DNA of 64,000 nt from Malacoraja senta (GCA_038087875.1 CM075988.1:9736001-9800000); one strand, 5' to 3'; shown: positions 12,855-25,789, counted from the stretch's first letter. The notes: generated by a model not told the origin, from the letters alone. Translations and numbers: made by a program.

Positions 12855-12936
12855 ATTGATTATTTCTCGTTCCGAGTCAATCAATGCAGTGAGAATCCGG
12901 GATTGATCCACGGCATGAAATCACAAAGCTTTTAAA

Positions 12937-13050
12937 TCTTCACGTAATCACTCACGTGACTCCGAAGTAAAATAGTAAGATTAAACGAGAACTTACCTAA
13001 GTTTGAAGTTTGATCTTTATTTTATGAGGAGGTACGTAGGTGATTACGTG
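12937..13050. other. DIRS internal complementary region (ICR)
   Basis: 12937-12972 is complementary to the left terminus (8418-8453); 12971-13050 is complementary to the right terminus (13203-13282, 79/80). Confidence 0.95.
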
Positions 13051-13391
13051 CCCGCCACGACCCTACCCTCTATCATAAAGGTCAGATGGAAGTTCTTGTA
13101 TTACTCGTTTTATTATGAGACTATATTACTTCGGTTGTTGTTTTTTGTGATTTCACACCGCTGCTTTGAAGATTGACGCGCAGGCACACTGGTGGGGTTC
13201 TTCACGTAATCACCTACGTAACTCCTCATAAAATAAAGATCAAACTTCAAACTTAGGTAAGTTCTCGTTTAATCTTACTATTCATCTCTGCTAAATATAG
13301 AAATGGGAGCGTTGAAGTCAAAAATCAATTATTTTAACTATCCAAATAGTTATTATTTAAACAATCCATTCAGGAACAAATAGACAAAGCA

Positions 13392-13690
13392 ACACAGTGG
13401 CACAGGGGTAGTGTTGCTGCCTTACAGCACCAAAGACCAGGGTTCGATCCTGACTATGGGTGCTGTTTGTATGCAGGTTGTGCGTTCTCCCGGTTTTCCC
13501 TAGATACTCCAGTTTCCTCCCACACTCCAAAGACGTACAGGTTTGTACGTTAATTGGCTTCAGTAAAATTGTAAATTGTCCCTAGTGTGTAGGGTAGTGC
13601 TAGTGCACGGAGATCGCTGGTCGGTGTGGACTCGGTGGGCCGAAGGGCCTGTTTCTGTGCTGTATACCTCTAAACTAAACTAAACCAAAC
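13392..13690 (+). mobile_element. HE1/V-SINE-type SINE
   Basis: tRNA-like head with GGTTCGATCC, V core, TAAAC tail. Confidence 0.9.
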
Positions 13691-13714
13691 AAGTTACATG
13701 AAGGTGTTGAATTA

Positions 13715-14040
13715 AGTGTAATGTCCAGAAGGCTGCAACAAAAGTGTTGTTCTTCAAGTTGATGCTGGCCTTGTCATAACAGGTCAGGAGACTGCACACA
13801 GGGAGGTCAGAGTGGATGTTACACAAACGCACAGTGGCAGGAAAGAGGAAGTTCAGGCTCTCCCCTATGGACTGAACTCAAGTGCCACAAAGGAGGTCAA
13901 CCATGTGTGCTTGTATTTCATGTAAAGAGCACCTTGTGAGCACTGGATGCAGTGCATTAGATTGGAAGAAGTGCAAGCGAATCACTGCTTCTTCCGGAAG
14001 AATCATTGGGTCCCTTGATGGTGGGAAAGGGTGAAAAGAC
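13715..14040 (-). mobile_element. Old Penelope-like fragment
   Basis: Degenerate similarity to the GIY-YIG region (reverse strand TTCGCTTGCACTTCTTCCAATCTAATGCACTGCATCCAGTG). Confidence 0.6.
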
Positions 14041-14289
14041 AGACATTGCATCTTAAAATTTTAACCACACATTTTGTGTATTCTTAGGCTCATAACATGA
14101 CCCCTACAGCACTCTCTCTCTGACACACTGATCAACCACAGATTAGATTCCTTACTCCAGTGATAAAGTGTGTTGTTGCAAACATAATATAAATATGTCT
14201 CGTATTTTCTACACCAGGAAATCGAGAATAAAAAACACTTATGAAGCAGAAACTGGGAGGGATATTCCAATTCCTATTTCCATTTCATA

Positions 14290-14625
14290 AGTTCATAAGT
14301 GATAAGAGCAGAATTAGGCCATCCGGTCCATCAAATCTACTCCGTCATTCAATCATGGCTGATCTATCTTTCCCTCTTAATCCCATTCTCCTGCCTTTTC
14401 CCCATAACCGCTGACACCCAAATTAATCAAGAATCTGTCAATCTTTTCCCTTAAAAATATCCACCGACTTGGTCTCCACAGCCTTATGTGGCAATGAACA
14501 CCACAGATTCAACATCCTCTGACTAAGGAATACCCTCCTCATCTCCTTACTAAAGGAAATCCTTTAATTCTGCGGCTGTGGCCTCTGGTCCTGGACTCTC
14601 CCACCAATGGAAACATCCTCTCCAC
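14290..14625 (-). mobile_element. CR1-type LINE 3' fragment (second subfamily)
   Basis: GGAGCAGAATTAGGCCAT-type 3' UTR and ORF2 end; related copies at 19595-19740, 58575-58845 and 63183-63570. Confidence 0.85.
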
Positions 14626-15650
14626 TTCCTTTCCGGATTGTGGAAAAGCTATTGGAATCTTCACCTTCCATCTCTTCCCCCCCTCAACTCAGTTCTTCTT
14701 TAAGAAATTACACTGTATATAATAATGATTTAGAACAATCGTCGGGGTAAAGTCAGGCACTGGGATATCACTCATGTTGTTCCTTTAATATATTTTTCAA
14801 TTAAAAAACATACTTGCATTAAATTCTCTGTAAAAATCCAGGTAGAGTAGTTTGACCACCAATATTATGATTTACTTCCAGCAAACGATGAATAGAACAT
14901 TTGTTCAGGTGTCATTGCTCCTGATCTTGATCCACACATTGCTGATAATTAATAAATAATCCGGTGACAGTATTTAACTCTCCTTCAATATAATCACCCA
15001 GCAGTTTCTTGTCAGAAAACATGTTCACGGTGAACCATTTTGCCCAACATCACATGGAAGTAAGTGCCCTCTTGTAGTGAACACCGGTGAATTCTCAAGT
15101 GCTGTGCTGATTTTAATTTGATTACCCACTGACTGACTGTATAAATGGAGAGCAGATAAATGCAGATTTGCATTTAAATACAGTGCATGGAAAGTATGAA
15201 CAGGGGAATGAGAAAAAAATGGCCCTGACCTCAGGGATTTTTCTTTTATTGTTGATGTTATTGTATTATCTTTGCGATGTTGCCTTTCATGTGTTGTCCT
15301 CTTGAGACTCCGAGAGCTGAAAGCACTCAATAAACTGAATCTCAAATGACATGCAGGATTAATAGATTGAAGAAACTCCATTCCAGGACCTTTTCAGGTC
15401 CCTTGAAGTGTAGCGGATTTGAAATTACATAAAGGTGACTATGAGGTGTTTGTATAATGTAAAGCTATGCAGACAAGAGTGAAGGAGGATTGTTCCTGTG
15501 CTAGACATTTGTAGGACTCTGTGTCTCCAATTCACAAAGCTTTCATTTACCTTTGTATCAATGGGGAATAAAGCATTGTGAAGCACTGTGATTCTTCCAA
15601 ACGGCTAAGAAAAAATAAGGGGACATTCATTGAAAACTATGGATTTCTAT

Positions 15651-15782
15651 GTCTGAAGAAGGGTCTTGACCCAAAATGTCACCTAATCCTTTTCTCCAGG
15701 GATGCTGCCTGACCCGTTGAGTTACTCCAGCATCTTGTGTCTATCTTCAGTATAAACCTGCATCTGCAGTTCCTTTCCACAC
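15651..15782 (+). mobile_element. Penelope pLTR-derived short repeat
   Basis: GTCTGAAGAAGGGTCTTGACCC..GATGCTGCCTGACCC..GAGTTACTCCAGCA, the same family as the ends of the 39967-41110 element. Confidence 0.8.
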
Positions 15783-15907
15783 AAAGAAATATATGGCACA
15801 GTATAAGGCTATTTGGCTTCATGGGTCCATAGGCAAAGAAGAGAGTGTAACTTGTCCTCATCGGGTACATCAGATAATCGCCCAGGACTGGTGGAACGCA
15901 ATGTGTG

Positions 15908-17250
15908 TTTAGTTTAGAGAAACAACATGGAAACAAGCCTTCATCCCATTGAGTCTGCATGACCATGGATCACCCATTCACACAAGTTCTACGTTATCCC
16001 ACTTTTGCAATAGGAGGCAATTTACAGAGGCCAATTAACCTACAAAGCATTGCCTCTTTGGGATGTGGGAGGAAACTGGAGCACCCGGAGGTAACCCGCG
16101 CAGTCACAGGGAGAAGGTGCAAATTCCACACAGACAGCAGCCGAGGTGAGGGTTGATCCTGGGTCTCTGGTGCTGTGCGCAGCAGCTCTGTATCACTGTG
16201 TTTTCTTCCCACAACAGATTGAAACTCTCTAGTCCAGCATTCTGTGGCCTGGCAACTCTCGAAGTCTGGCATGTTTTGAATCTGTGGTACATATCGATAC
16301 TAACTAACTAATTTTACCTAAGATCTAATTGAGAGATAAAGACAACTATGCTCTGTAGCTAATTAACCCACCAAGACGATATTTGTAATCTCAGCCAATA
16401 GTGTTTCTGATGCATAAACTTTGGGTTGTGAATAGTTCTCTGAATCCTTTCATGACTTGGGAAGTGTCTATACTTAAAAAGACTACTACTACTCAGAGTT
16501 CAATTAAGAGCAATTTTTTTGCAGTCCAGATTTTCTGTGGCAGAGCACCAGTCGGGTCCTAAGGGTATCAGATCAGGGGGGCGGCACAGTGGCGCAACGG
16601 TAGATTTACTGCCTTAGAGCGCCAGGGGCCCAAGTTCGATCCTGACTATGGGTGCTGTCTGTACGGAACTTGTAAATTCTCTCTGTGCCCGCGTGGATTT
16701 TCTCCGGGTGCTCTGGTTTCCTCCCATAAGACGTACAGATTTGTAGGTTAATGGGCTTTGGTAAAATTGTAGGACAGGATAGTGCTAGTGTACGGGGTGA
16801 TGGCTAGTGGACTCGGTGGACTGAAGGACTTGTTTCCTTGGTGTATCTCTACTATCAAAAGCTTCAACCAGTACCATGGTTTTTCAAACCATTCAGAGTC
16901 TATCCTTGTGGTAGACCCCATTTCAGGATTCTGGCCATGACAGTTGTCAGTAGTTTAGCTTTAGTTTACTTTAGTTTAGAGCTATAGGCCCTTCGGCCCA
17001 CCATGTCCGTGCTGACCAGCATTCCCCATTCACTAGTTCTATCTAACACACTAGGGACAATTTGTACCGGTCAATTAACTTAAAAACCTGTACGTCTTTG
17101 GAGTGTGGGAGGAAACCGAAGCACCCGGAGTAAAACCCATGTGGTCACGGTGAGAACACACAAACTCCGTACAGACAGCACCGGTAGTCGGTATCGAAAC
17201 CGAGTCTTTGGCGCTGTAGAGGCAGCAACTCTACCACTGCGTCACTGTGC
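15908..17250. mobile_element. Three HE1-type SINEs (15908-16200 minus, 16577-16850 plus, 16950-17250 minus)
   Basis: Each has a recognisable head, V core and tail. Confidence 0.85.
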
Positions 17251-17944
17251 TGTAAGGTTAGTAATGACCTTAAGAATGCCTGGAAGATTTTCTCCTGATT
17301 TATCCTTAGAATCACACCAGAAACAGGGTGAGGTAGGAGGGGGATGGAAAACTAACAGTTTTGAAGGAGGAATGGGGGGAACAAAACAAGACATGGAAAC
17401 TTGCCAGCAAGAGGCAGCTTGTGATGTGATGAAAATACATAAAAAGAACCCTTTCCTGATTTTAAAGACTGTGGCACCATCACCCAATTTAAATGATGCT
17501 TTAATTTCAAAGCCAACCCTAATGCTCTACTTATTGTGCAGTCAGAATTAATTTGAAGCAATTTGATATTTTTTCGTGTGAAATATACTGGATTTTGATG
17601 TTCTAATTGAGTTCCCATCTTGTAACTTTATTCTGCTTTGTAGTAGAATTAACTTTGTGTTCCATTTCTATTTGGCTCATGACTTTTTGGATATCTTCGT
17701 GCCTTGCTTCACTTGCCAATGTTAGATTTTTTTTTAACTCGCCTCCTCTGTGATATGCAAGTTTGATCTTGGATCACTTAACACATTCCAGAAGATCAGT
17801 TTATTTTAATCGGGAGCTAACCTGATATCTCACTTCTGAGTGAACCTTTCAAAGCTGCCACATTTAATCGAAAAACTACTGAATGTAATTTTGTATTTCT
17901 GTATTCTGGTTACCAGCTTAAATGAGATGATTGGTGCATCCTCG

Positions 17945-18860
17945 GACACAAAGTGCTGGAGTAACTCAGCAGGTGGGGCAGCATCTCTGGAGAAGAAGGA
18001 TAGGAGATGTTTCGGGTTGAGACCCTTCTTCAGTGATTGTTGGGGGGAGCGGAACGCTGGAAAAGGGGAGAGACAGGACAAAGAGTGGCTTGGTGGTGGG
18101 GGAGGGGCGGGGGAGGCGGGGTGGGGGGAGGTTGTTGGTTAGAGGTTACCTAAAATTGGAGAATTCAATGTTCACACCATTGGGTTGTGATAGTGAGGCT
18201 ACATGCAATTTTAATAGGTATCCTGGTTCTCGTGCTGTTAACCGTTTTAACTCTCCTTCAAATTCCCTCATTGACATTTCTGTCCTGGGCCTTCTTTATT
18301 GCCAGAATGAGACCACACACAATTTTAATAGATCTCCTGGTCCACACCTTTCATCCCACCAGCCGCTGCAATCTAACATATCATTTACAACATTTCTGGC
18401 ACCTCCAACGTGATCCCACTGCTAGTCACATCTTCCAATCTCCACCCCTTCCCACCTTCAGCAGAGACCGCTCCCTCCACAACTCCTTGGTTCACTCATC
18501 CCTTCCCACCCAAGCCACCCCCTCCCCAGGTACTTTCTCCTGCAACTCGCCTCCGTCCACAACAATCTTTCTAGGTGAGACAGAGGTTCACTTGCACATC
18601 CTCTAACCTCATCTATTGCACCCGGCGTTTCGAATGTAACCTCCTGTACATCGGCGAGACAAAGCATAGACTCAGCGGCCATTTTGCTGAATACTTGCAT
18701 TTGATCCATCAAGGCTTTCTGGATCTCCAACTTGTTAATGACTACCCTTCACATTTCCATGCTGTCCTTTCTGTCCTGGGCCACCTCCATTGCCAGTGTG
18801 GCCATGCACTATTTTAATCACTTTGTGTCCTTTTGTGTATTTACCAGTATCTACAATTCT
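17945..18860 (+). mobile_element. Penelope-like element, decayed, with inverted pLTR upstream
   Basis: RFTCTSSNLIYC..LYIGETKHRL (GIY-YIG) at 18575-18817; 17945-18190 is the reverse complement of the pLTR/3' end. Confidence 0.85.
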
Positions 18861-20629
18861 TTGTTTCTACATTGGTACGTCCTGTTTGGAATTTTTATAG
18901 CTCTGCTTTCTGTGTCAATGCATATGTGTTGTTCTCTACCATACTTTATAAATCCTTATAAATAAGCATTACATTATACATAGTTCCGGTTTAGCATTAT
19001 TATTATTAGAATATTGGAAGAGTTATGTTTACATACTTTTGCAGGAGAGGGAGGAATAAAAGTTAAAAGCTTTACAAAACAACTGAAGTTACCACAAATC
19101 ATTTAACTCTGGAATTATTTTGAATATCCATCATACGGGATTACTTCGTGCAAAATAGCTGCTCTATTAAATGGTCTGATGTTGAAACTTACAGCATTAT
19201 GTTCTGCAAAAGAGGAAATTCATTTTATTTTGAATGGTTCCTTGGTATTTTTTGAGGAATGAATTGACTTTACAACATATTACATTGGAAATCAATAGAA
19301 ACATACACTGAACCTGTGTATAATGAAATTTAGAAGATAATTGTATTTTGAAACCAAGAAAATGGTATGAATACATTATTTAAATTGAGTTGAAGGTTCA
19401 AATATGTTTTTGAATAAAAGAAAAATGAATATGATTTGAACTTAAAATGAACTTATTTCAGATTGGAATGTAATATGTCAAGTATTACTGTTCTGAATAT
19501 ATATTTTTCAACATATTAAAAAAACAATTATCTTTCTCAAGTCTACAAATATCGAAAGGTTGTGTAGCTGACAAAGGTTCAATACATTTATAAATTCATA
19601 CATTCATAAGTCATGGCAGCAGAATTAGGCCATTCAGACCATTGGGTCTACTCAGCCATTCTATCATAGCTGATCTATTTTTACCTCTCAACCGCATTCT
19701 CCTGCCTTCTCCCCATAACCTTTGACACCCTTACTAATCTTATTAATTCGTCATTTCATTTATATTTTAGAATTCCTATTATTAACATGTGCTAACTGCT
19801 CTGTGACACAAATTGATAATAGGCTGGGTGCAAATGTGATCTATTGAGGGTAGAAAAGAAGGCATGCCATATCAACAAATGTAAGTGTTTATTTTTCTTA
19901 ATATTGGCCTCATTGTCAAAGTCAACATTTATTCTTCTGAATTCCCCTTGCTCTGAGACTTCCTCATGAATCTGGGCCCTTGTTTACATGGGTAGAGATT
20001 GGCTGGATGGTCCATGACAACAATTTCATCATCTTTCATGTATAGAAAGAGATGAAGGTCCTGAAAATAACTGGCGGGAAGTGAAACTAGTGCAGGACAT
20101 GCACAGTGAATGGTAAGGCCCTGGGGGTGTGCTATTGAATTGAGACATTGTAATACATAGTTCCTTGAAACTAAGAAAAGGTTGATCGGCTTGAACTTCA
20201 ATTATTTCACATTGTTGGACTCCTTCCTAGGGTGGAGTGCCATAAACCAATTTAATATCAGTGTAAATGTACCATTACTATTCAAGTCAATATGACACAA
20301 TAGCTGTTTGCAAAACTTTCAATAGGGTCACATAACAATCAAACAGTAAACTCCATGAGACACAATTGTCTCCAAAATTGGCTCAGTAAATTGTGGTAGT
20401 TGATACTGTTTTGAGAACTCTACTATTATCAAAGATTCACAGGCCTAGTACTTGGTCCCTGCTTTTCAAAATGTATATTAGTAGAGTCATAGATCGTAGA
20501 GTCTTACAGCATGAAAACAGGCCTTCGGTCCAAATTGCCCACATGGACTAACATGTCCCATCTACACTAGTCCCACCTGACTGCTCAGGTATCCTTCAGC
20601 CCATTATATTAAATCTTATTCCGCTAGTT

Positions 20630-22500
20630 TTTGATGATACAAAGATTGGCTACGTGTTTGGCATTGTGGATGAAAACTTTAGAATGCAGGAAGATATTAA
20701 TTGGCTGCTCAACTGGACAGGAAAATGGCAAATTATACAAACCAGGCAAGTGTAAGTTCTAACAAGGCAATTAAATAAATAAGTCCAATTTCTCAATGAA
20801 TGGGAGAATATCATTGTTTAGACATTGGGCCATGTATCCACAGATCCCCAGACAAAATCAATTTTGTTAGTAAGGTAGTCAAGAAGGCAAATGCAAGGCT
20901 TTTCTGTATTGGCTGAGGTATATCGGAGCATGGAGGTTATACTAGAACTGTACACAATGTGAGTTGGCGGTCCCACTTGGCGATTATTTCGGCAACTGCC
21001 GGCATCATTGACTGACGTATCAGGGCACCGAAAAAGTCGTGGCGTGATGACGTTTTGACCCACGGTGTTTCCTCTAGTGTCGCAACATATTTTTGTCGCC
21101 GCTGGATTTTGAAATGTTCAAAATCTTTCGGCTACCCTGATACGTCAGTCAATGATGCCGGCAGTCGCCGAAAAAATCACCAAGTGGGACAGGCCCTTTG
21201 GTGCACACCTTGAATACTGTGTACAGTTCTGGAGACCATATTGCAGGAATGCTGTGACTGCACTGGGAAATCTATTAGGATACTGCTAGCACTGAAAATG
21301 TTTAGCTACTTGCCCAGAAAATGGAGGACTGTTTGTGTTATAATAAATCAGATGTTAGATAATCACCCAAATTGCTGGTACAGTGGATAGGGAGGGAGGA
21401 ACATTGCCTGAGGTTACAACAGGATATTGATCTACTGGTATGGTGGGCAAGGGAATGGCAAATAGAATTTAACTACCAAGTATGAAATTATGCACCTTGG
21501 GAGGTGAATGGCAGGGCCCTGGGAAGTGTTGAACAGACAGACATTGAAGTACAAGTACGTAGATCCCTCGAAATGGCAGCACAGGTAGACAGGGCCGTGG
21601 GGATGGTGTGTAGCACACTTGCCTTCGTTGGTTGAGGCATTGAGGTTAAGTGTTGGGACATCATTAGATAGACTGCTCCGAGCATAATGTGTGCAGTTCT
21701 GGTCTCCACATGAAAGGCATTATTAAGCTAGAGAGGGTGTGGAAAAGATTCCTAAGGATGTTGTCTGGATTGGAGGGCATGAGTTATCAGGAGAATTTTA
21801 TTAGGCTAGCTCTTTCTTCCCGGGAGTGAAGGAGACTGAGCGGTGATATGATCAAGGGATGTACACTTACAATGGGCATAGATAGGATATATAGCTAGTG
21901 TCTAAAAGGTGAGAAGAAGGAGGCTGGAATGGGCATCTGAGGGCTATATGTTTCACACAGAGAACAGTTGAAATCTGGAATGAGATGCCAGAGGAAGTGG
22001 TGGAAGCAGGAGCAGTAATAGCATTGAAGAGGCATCTTGGCAGATACTCAGCAGGATATTGAGATATGGAATTAATAAGAAAGTGGGATGAGTATAGATA
22101 GGCAGGATGGCTGACATGGATGTGATGGGCCAAAGGGCTTGCTTCCATTCTGTACAACTCTGACACAGATTTAAAGTAATCGGTGAAACCATTAAAGGGG
22201 AATGAAGATAGAGGGTGAGTATTATTTACACTAAGGTTAGGGTCAGGAATTCATAAAAGGCTAGGTCTTTCTCCTCTGGATTGAAGGAGGCTGAGGTGAT
22301 ATGATTGAGGTATGTAAAATTCCAATGGGCATAGCTGGTGCCTAAAACTAGAAAGTGTATATTGAAGGTGAGAAGAAGGAGGTTGAAATGGGTATCTGAG
22401 GGTCAAATGCCTTATAAGGAGGTTGAAATGAAGGAGGTGAACTTGAACCTGAGGAATTGTGATCTGCAGGGTCACCGGAGTATTGGTGAAAGATGGGATT
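20630..22500 (+). mobile_element. Cluster of old CR1 ORF2 fragments
   Basis: Degenerate CR1 RT C-terminal motifs (FDDTKIG, HLEYCVQFW, RRLSGDMI) in several overlapping pieces. Confidence 0.7.
20970..21198. mobile_element. Harbinger-like MITE, left tip degraded
   Basis: About 56-bp inverted repeats GTCCCACTTGG..GACGTATCAGGG / CCCTGATACGTC..CCAAGTGGGAC, right end AGGCCCTT; interrupts a CR1 remnant. Confidence 0.8.
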
Positions 22501-23323
22501 CAATCAATTTGTTCATTTCCAACCAGTACAGACACAATGGATCAAGTAACCTCTTGTGTCATAATTTTTCACCACTTCTCGAACATCCCTTCTAAAGAGG
22601 ATAAGGTATACAAATCTGAACAGAGAGGTTTTTAAATCTTCCATGAGAGATGAACGACATAAGCATAGCTACTAATCTTCCTGATGGAAGCTTCAGTAGT
22701 GGCGAAGTGTGGCAGACCTGGAGGCCAATACATCAAAGAACAGAGGAAAATAGGTTGTAAAACTAAAACCTAATAAAAAGATGTCAACTTGGACCACAGA
22801 AGGAAACAGAATGTTGGTTGTCCATTACTCAACCTGTCCTACTCAGATCAATGACCAGGATAAATGTAAGGTTTTTGCTTGGGATCAGTTCCTTGTAATC
22901 CATCCCGGTCAATTGCAATTTCTGATTCTTATTTGGATGTAGAAGTGACAAGATGGAACCTTCAATATACATCAAAGTCTAGGAGTACGGGTACACAGTT
23001 CCCTGAAAGTGGCATCACAGGTAGCTGGGGTGGTCAAGAAGGCTTTCAGAACATTGGCCTTCATCAGTCAGGGTATTGAATGTAGAGTCGGGTTGTTATG
23101 TTACAGTTGTACATGACATTGGCGAGGCCACATTTGGAGTATTCTATTCTGTTTTGGTCACCCTGATGTAGGAAGGATGTTGTTAAGTTCGAGAGAGTTC
23201 AGAGAAGATTCATGAGGATGTTGTCAGGATTCGAGCGCGTGAGCTATAAGGAGATGTTGACAGGCTCTTGGAGCACAGGAGGCTGAGGGGTGATTTTATA
23301 GAGATGTATAAAATCATGAGGGG

Positions 23324-24240
23324 ATAGAAACATAGAAACATAGAAAATAGGTGCAGGAGTAGGCCATAGGTTATTACTGCTCCTGCTGCCACCACTTCCT
23401 CTGGCACCTCATTCCAGATTTCAACTGTTCTCTGTGTGAAACGTATAGCCCTCAGATGCCCATTCCAACCTCCTTCTTCTCACCTTTTAGACACTAGCTA
23501 TATATCCTATCTATGCCCATTCAATATGATCATGGCTGAACATCCAACTCAGTATCCTGTACCTGCCTTCTCTCCATACCCCCTGATCCCTTTAGCCACA
23601 AGGGCCACATCTAACTCCCTCTTAAATATAGCCAATGAACTGGCCTCAACTACCTTCTGTGGCAGAGAATTCCAGAGATTCACCATTCTCTGTGTGAAAA
23701 ATGTTTTTCTCATCTCGGTCCTAAAATATTTCCCCTTTATCCTTAAACTGTGACCCCTTGTCCTGGACTTCCCCAACATCGGGAACAATCTTCCTGCATC
23801 TAGCCTGTCCAACCCCTTAAGAATTTTGTAAGTTTCTATAAGATTCCCCCTCAATCTTCTAAATTCTAGCAAGTACAAGCCGAGTCTATCCAGTCTTTCT
23901 TCATATGAAAGTCCTGACATCCCAGGAATCAGTCTGGTGAACCTTCTCTGTACTCCCTCTATGGCAAGAATGTCTTTCCTCAGATTTGGAGACCAAAACT
24001 GTACGCAATACTCCAGGTGTGGTCTCACCGAGACCCTGTACAACTGCAGTAGAACCTCCCTGCTCCTGTACTCAAATCCTTTTGCTATGAATGCTAACAT
24101 ACCATTCACTTTCTTCACTGCCTGCTGCACCTGCATGCCTAATTTCAATGACTGGTGTACCATGACACACAGGTCTCGTTGCATCTCCCCTTTTCCTAAT
24201 CGGCCACCATTCAGATAATAGTCTACTTTCCTGTTTTTTC
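23324..24240 (-). mobile_element. Young CR1/HER1 LINE nested in an older plus-strand CR1 (about 22985-23325 and 24243-24570)
   Basis: Open 211-aa ORF 23549-24184 (VRPHLEYCVQFWSP..RTRGHSLRI..WNSLP); the older CR1 reading continues across the insertion. Confidence 0.93.
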
Positions 24241-25202
24241 CAATAGATCGGGCAAATGCACAGAATCTTTTACCTGGGTAGGGGATTCAAGAACTAGAGA
24301 ACACGTTGAAGGTGAGAGGGGAACAATTTAATAGGAACCTGAGGGGCAAGTTTTTCACACAGTGGATGATGGGCCTCGGGTCAAGCTGCCAGAGGTGGTA
24401 GTGGATGCAGATCCTGAAATAATTAAAAACAACACTTAAATACATTTGAACAGGTATATGGATAGGAAAGGTTTAGAGAATATGAGTCAATTGTGGGCAG
24501 ATGGGACTAGTGTAGATGGGGCATGTTGTTGGGCTGAAGGGCCTGTTTCCGTCCTGTATGGATCTATGACTCTATCACAAATGCGAGATTTAAAAATACT
24601 CATTCTTCCTAAATTCAGCTTGTTAGGTGTATTAGCTGCAGTAAAGCCAACCTTAGATCAATATTTTGAGTATTGAATCCCCTTCTGGTTATAAATTTTA
24701 AGTGAAGAAGCAATCACAAACATCAGATGGCGCCAATATACTGTATTAAAGTAGTTAGAAGGTGACCCAAATTTGCAACCTTTCACTAAGAGACTATATT
24801 TCGAATGGTCAATGAATATAACAACTTCTTTACGAAAATAGAGGGGAGTTGCAACTAAGCATTTGTAACGCACTGGAATCTGCTCCATGGCAATATTGCG
24901 AAAGGGTGGGAAGCATGATGGATGATCCTGGAGATAATGGAGGAATTTGAAGGGTGGTGAGCAGATGAGAATTGTTGACATTTGTCCCTGGCATTGGTCT
25001 AAGGTTGAACAGGTTGAGTAATGGACAGCCAACTTCCGGTTTCCTGTTGTTGTCCATGTTCTTCTCCAGTGTGAGTCTCCTCAGATAGTTCCTCGGGACT
25101 GAGGGTGGATTGCCTTCACTTTGTTTCTGTGGGTTCAGGGGTGACTGATGAGACCTTTGTAAGAACTGCAGACACGACCACAGATGGGGTAGGAAGTAGT
25201 TG

Positions 25203-25305
25203 ATGGGTCTGAAGAAGGGTCTCGACCCGGAACGTCACCCATTCCTTCTATCCAGAGATGCTAACTGTCCCGCTGAGTTACTCCATCATTTTGCGCCTAT
25301 CTACC
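25203..25305 (+). mobile_element. Penelope pLTR-derived repeat with hammerhead-like fold
   Basis: ATGGGT-CTGAAGA-A-GGGT CTCG ACCC-GGAAC-GTC-ACCCAT, followed by pLTR sequence. Confidence 0.8.
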
Positions 25306-25789
25306 TGATGGGACGAGTGAGTGTTTAGCTCGAATACCCATCCACTGTTTAAGATAGGTTTTGTTTGCTGTTGGTTCTTAGTCTTAAGGTTCTCAGCATC
25401 ATTCCCAAAGCCATCGGGGCATAGAACATAAAACTGAGAAAAGCACATCACAGGAACAATCCTTTTGCATATCATGCCTGCACCAACCTAACTAATCCCA
25501 TCTGCATGCATATGGACAACATCTCTCTACTCCTTGCCTGTTCATGTGTAGTCTAAATGCCTTTTAAACATTGCTGTTACATGTGCTTTTACCACCTCTT
25601 CTGCACCAGACACTTACTACTCCCTGCTGAAACGTATGCCTCACACATCTCCTTTCAACTTTTCCCCTCTCAAGTTAAAATTTTGCCCTTTCGTTGATAT
25701 TTCCAACCTGGGTAAAAGTCTCTGACAATCTAGCTTATCTATGCCTCTCATGATTATGCATTCTTCTATTGTTTAGATTATTGCAGTTG

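Larger units (their letters stand above)
8417..13282 (+). mobile_element. DIRS1-type tyrosine-recombinase retrotransposon, full length, decayed
   Basis: Inverted termini (GTGAAGAACCCCGCCAGTGAGCCTGCGCGTCA 8447-8478 vs TGACGCGCAGGCACACTGGTGGGGTTCTTCAC 13174-13205); internal complementary region about 12937-13050; gag, RT, RNase H, MT and YR remnants in DIRS1 order; ATT at both junctions. Confidence 0.96.
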
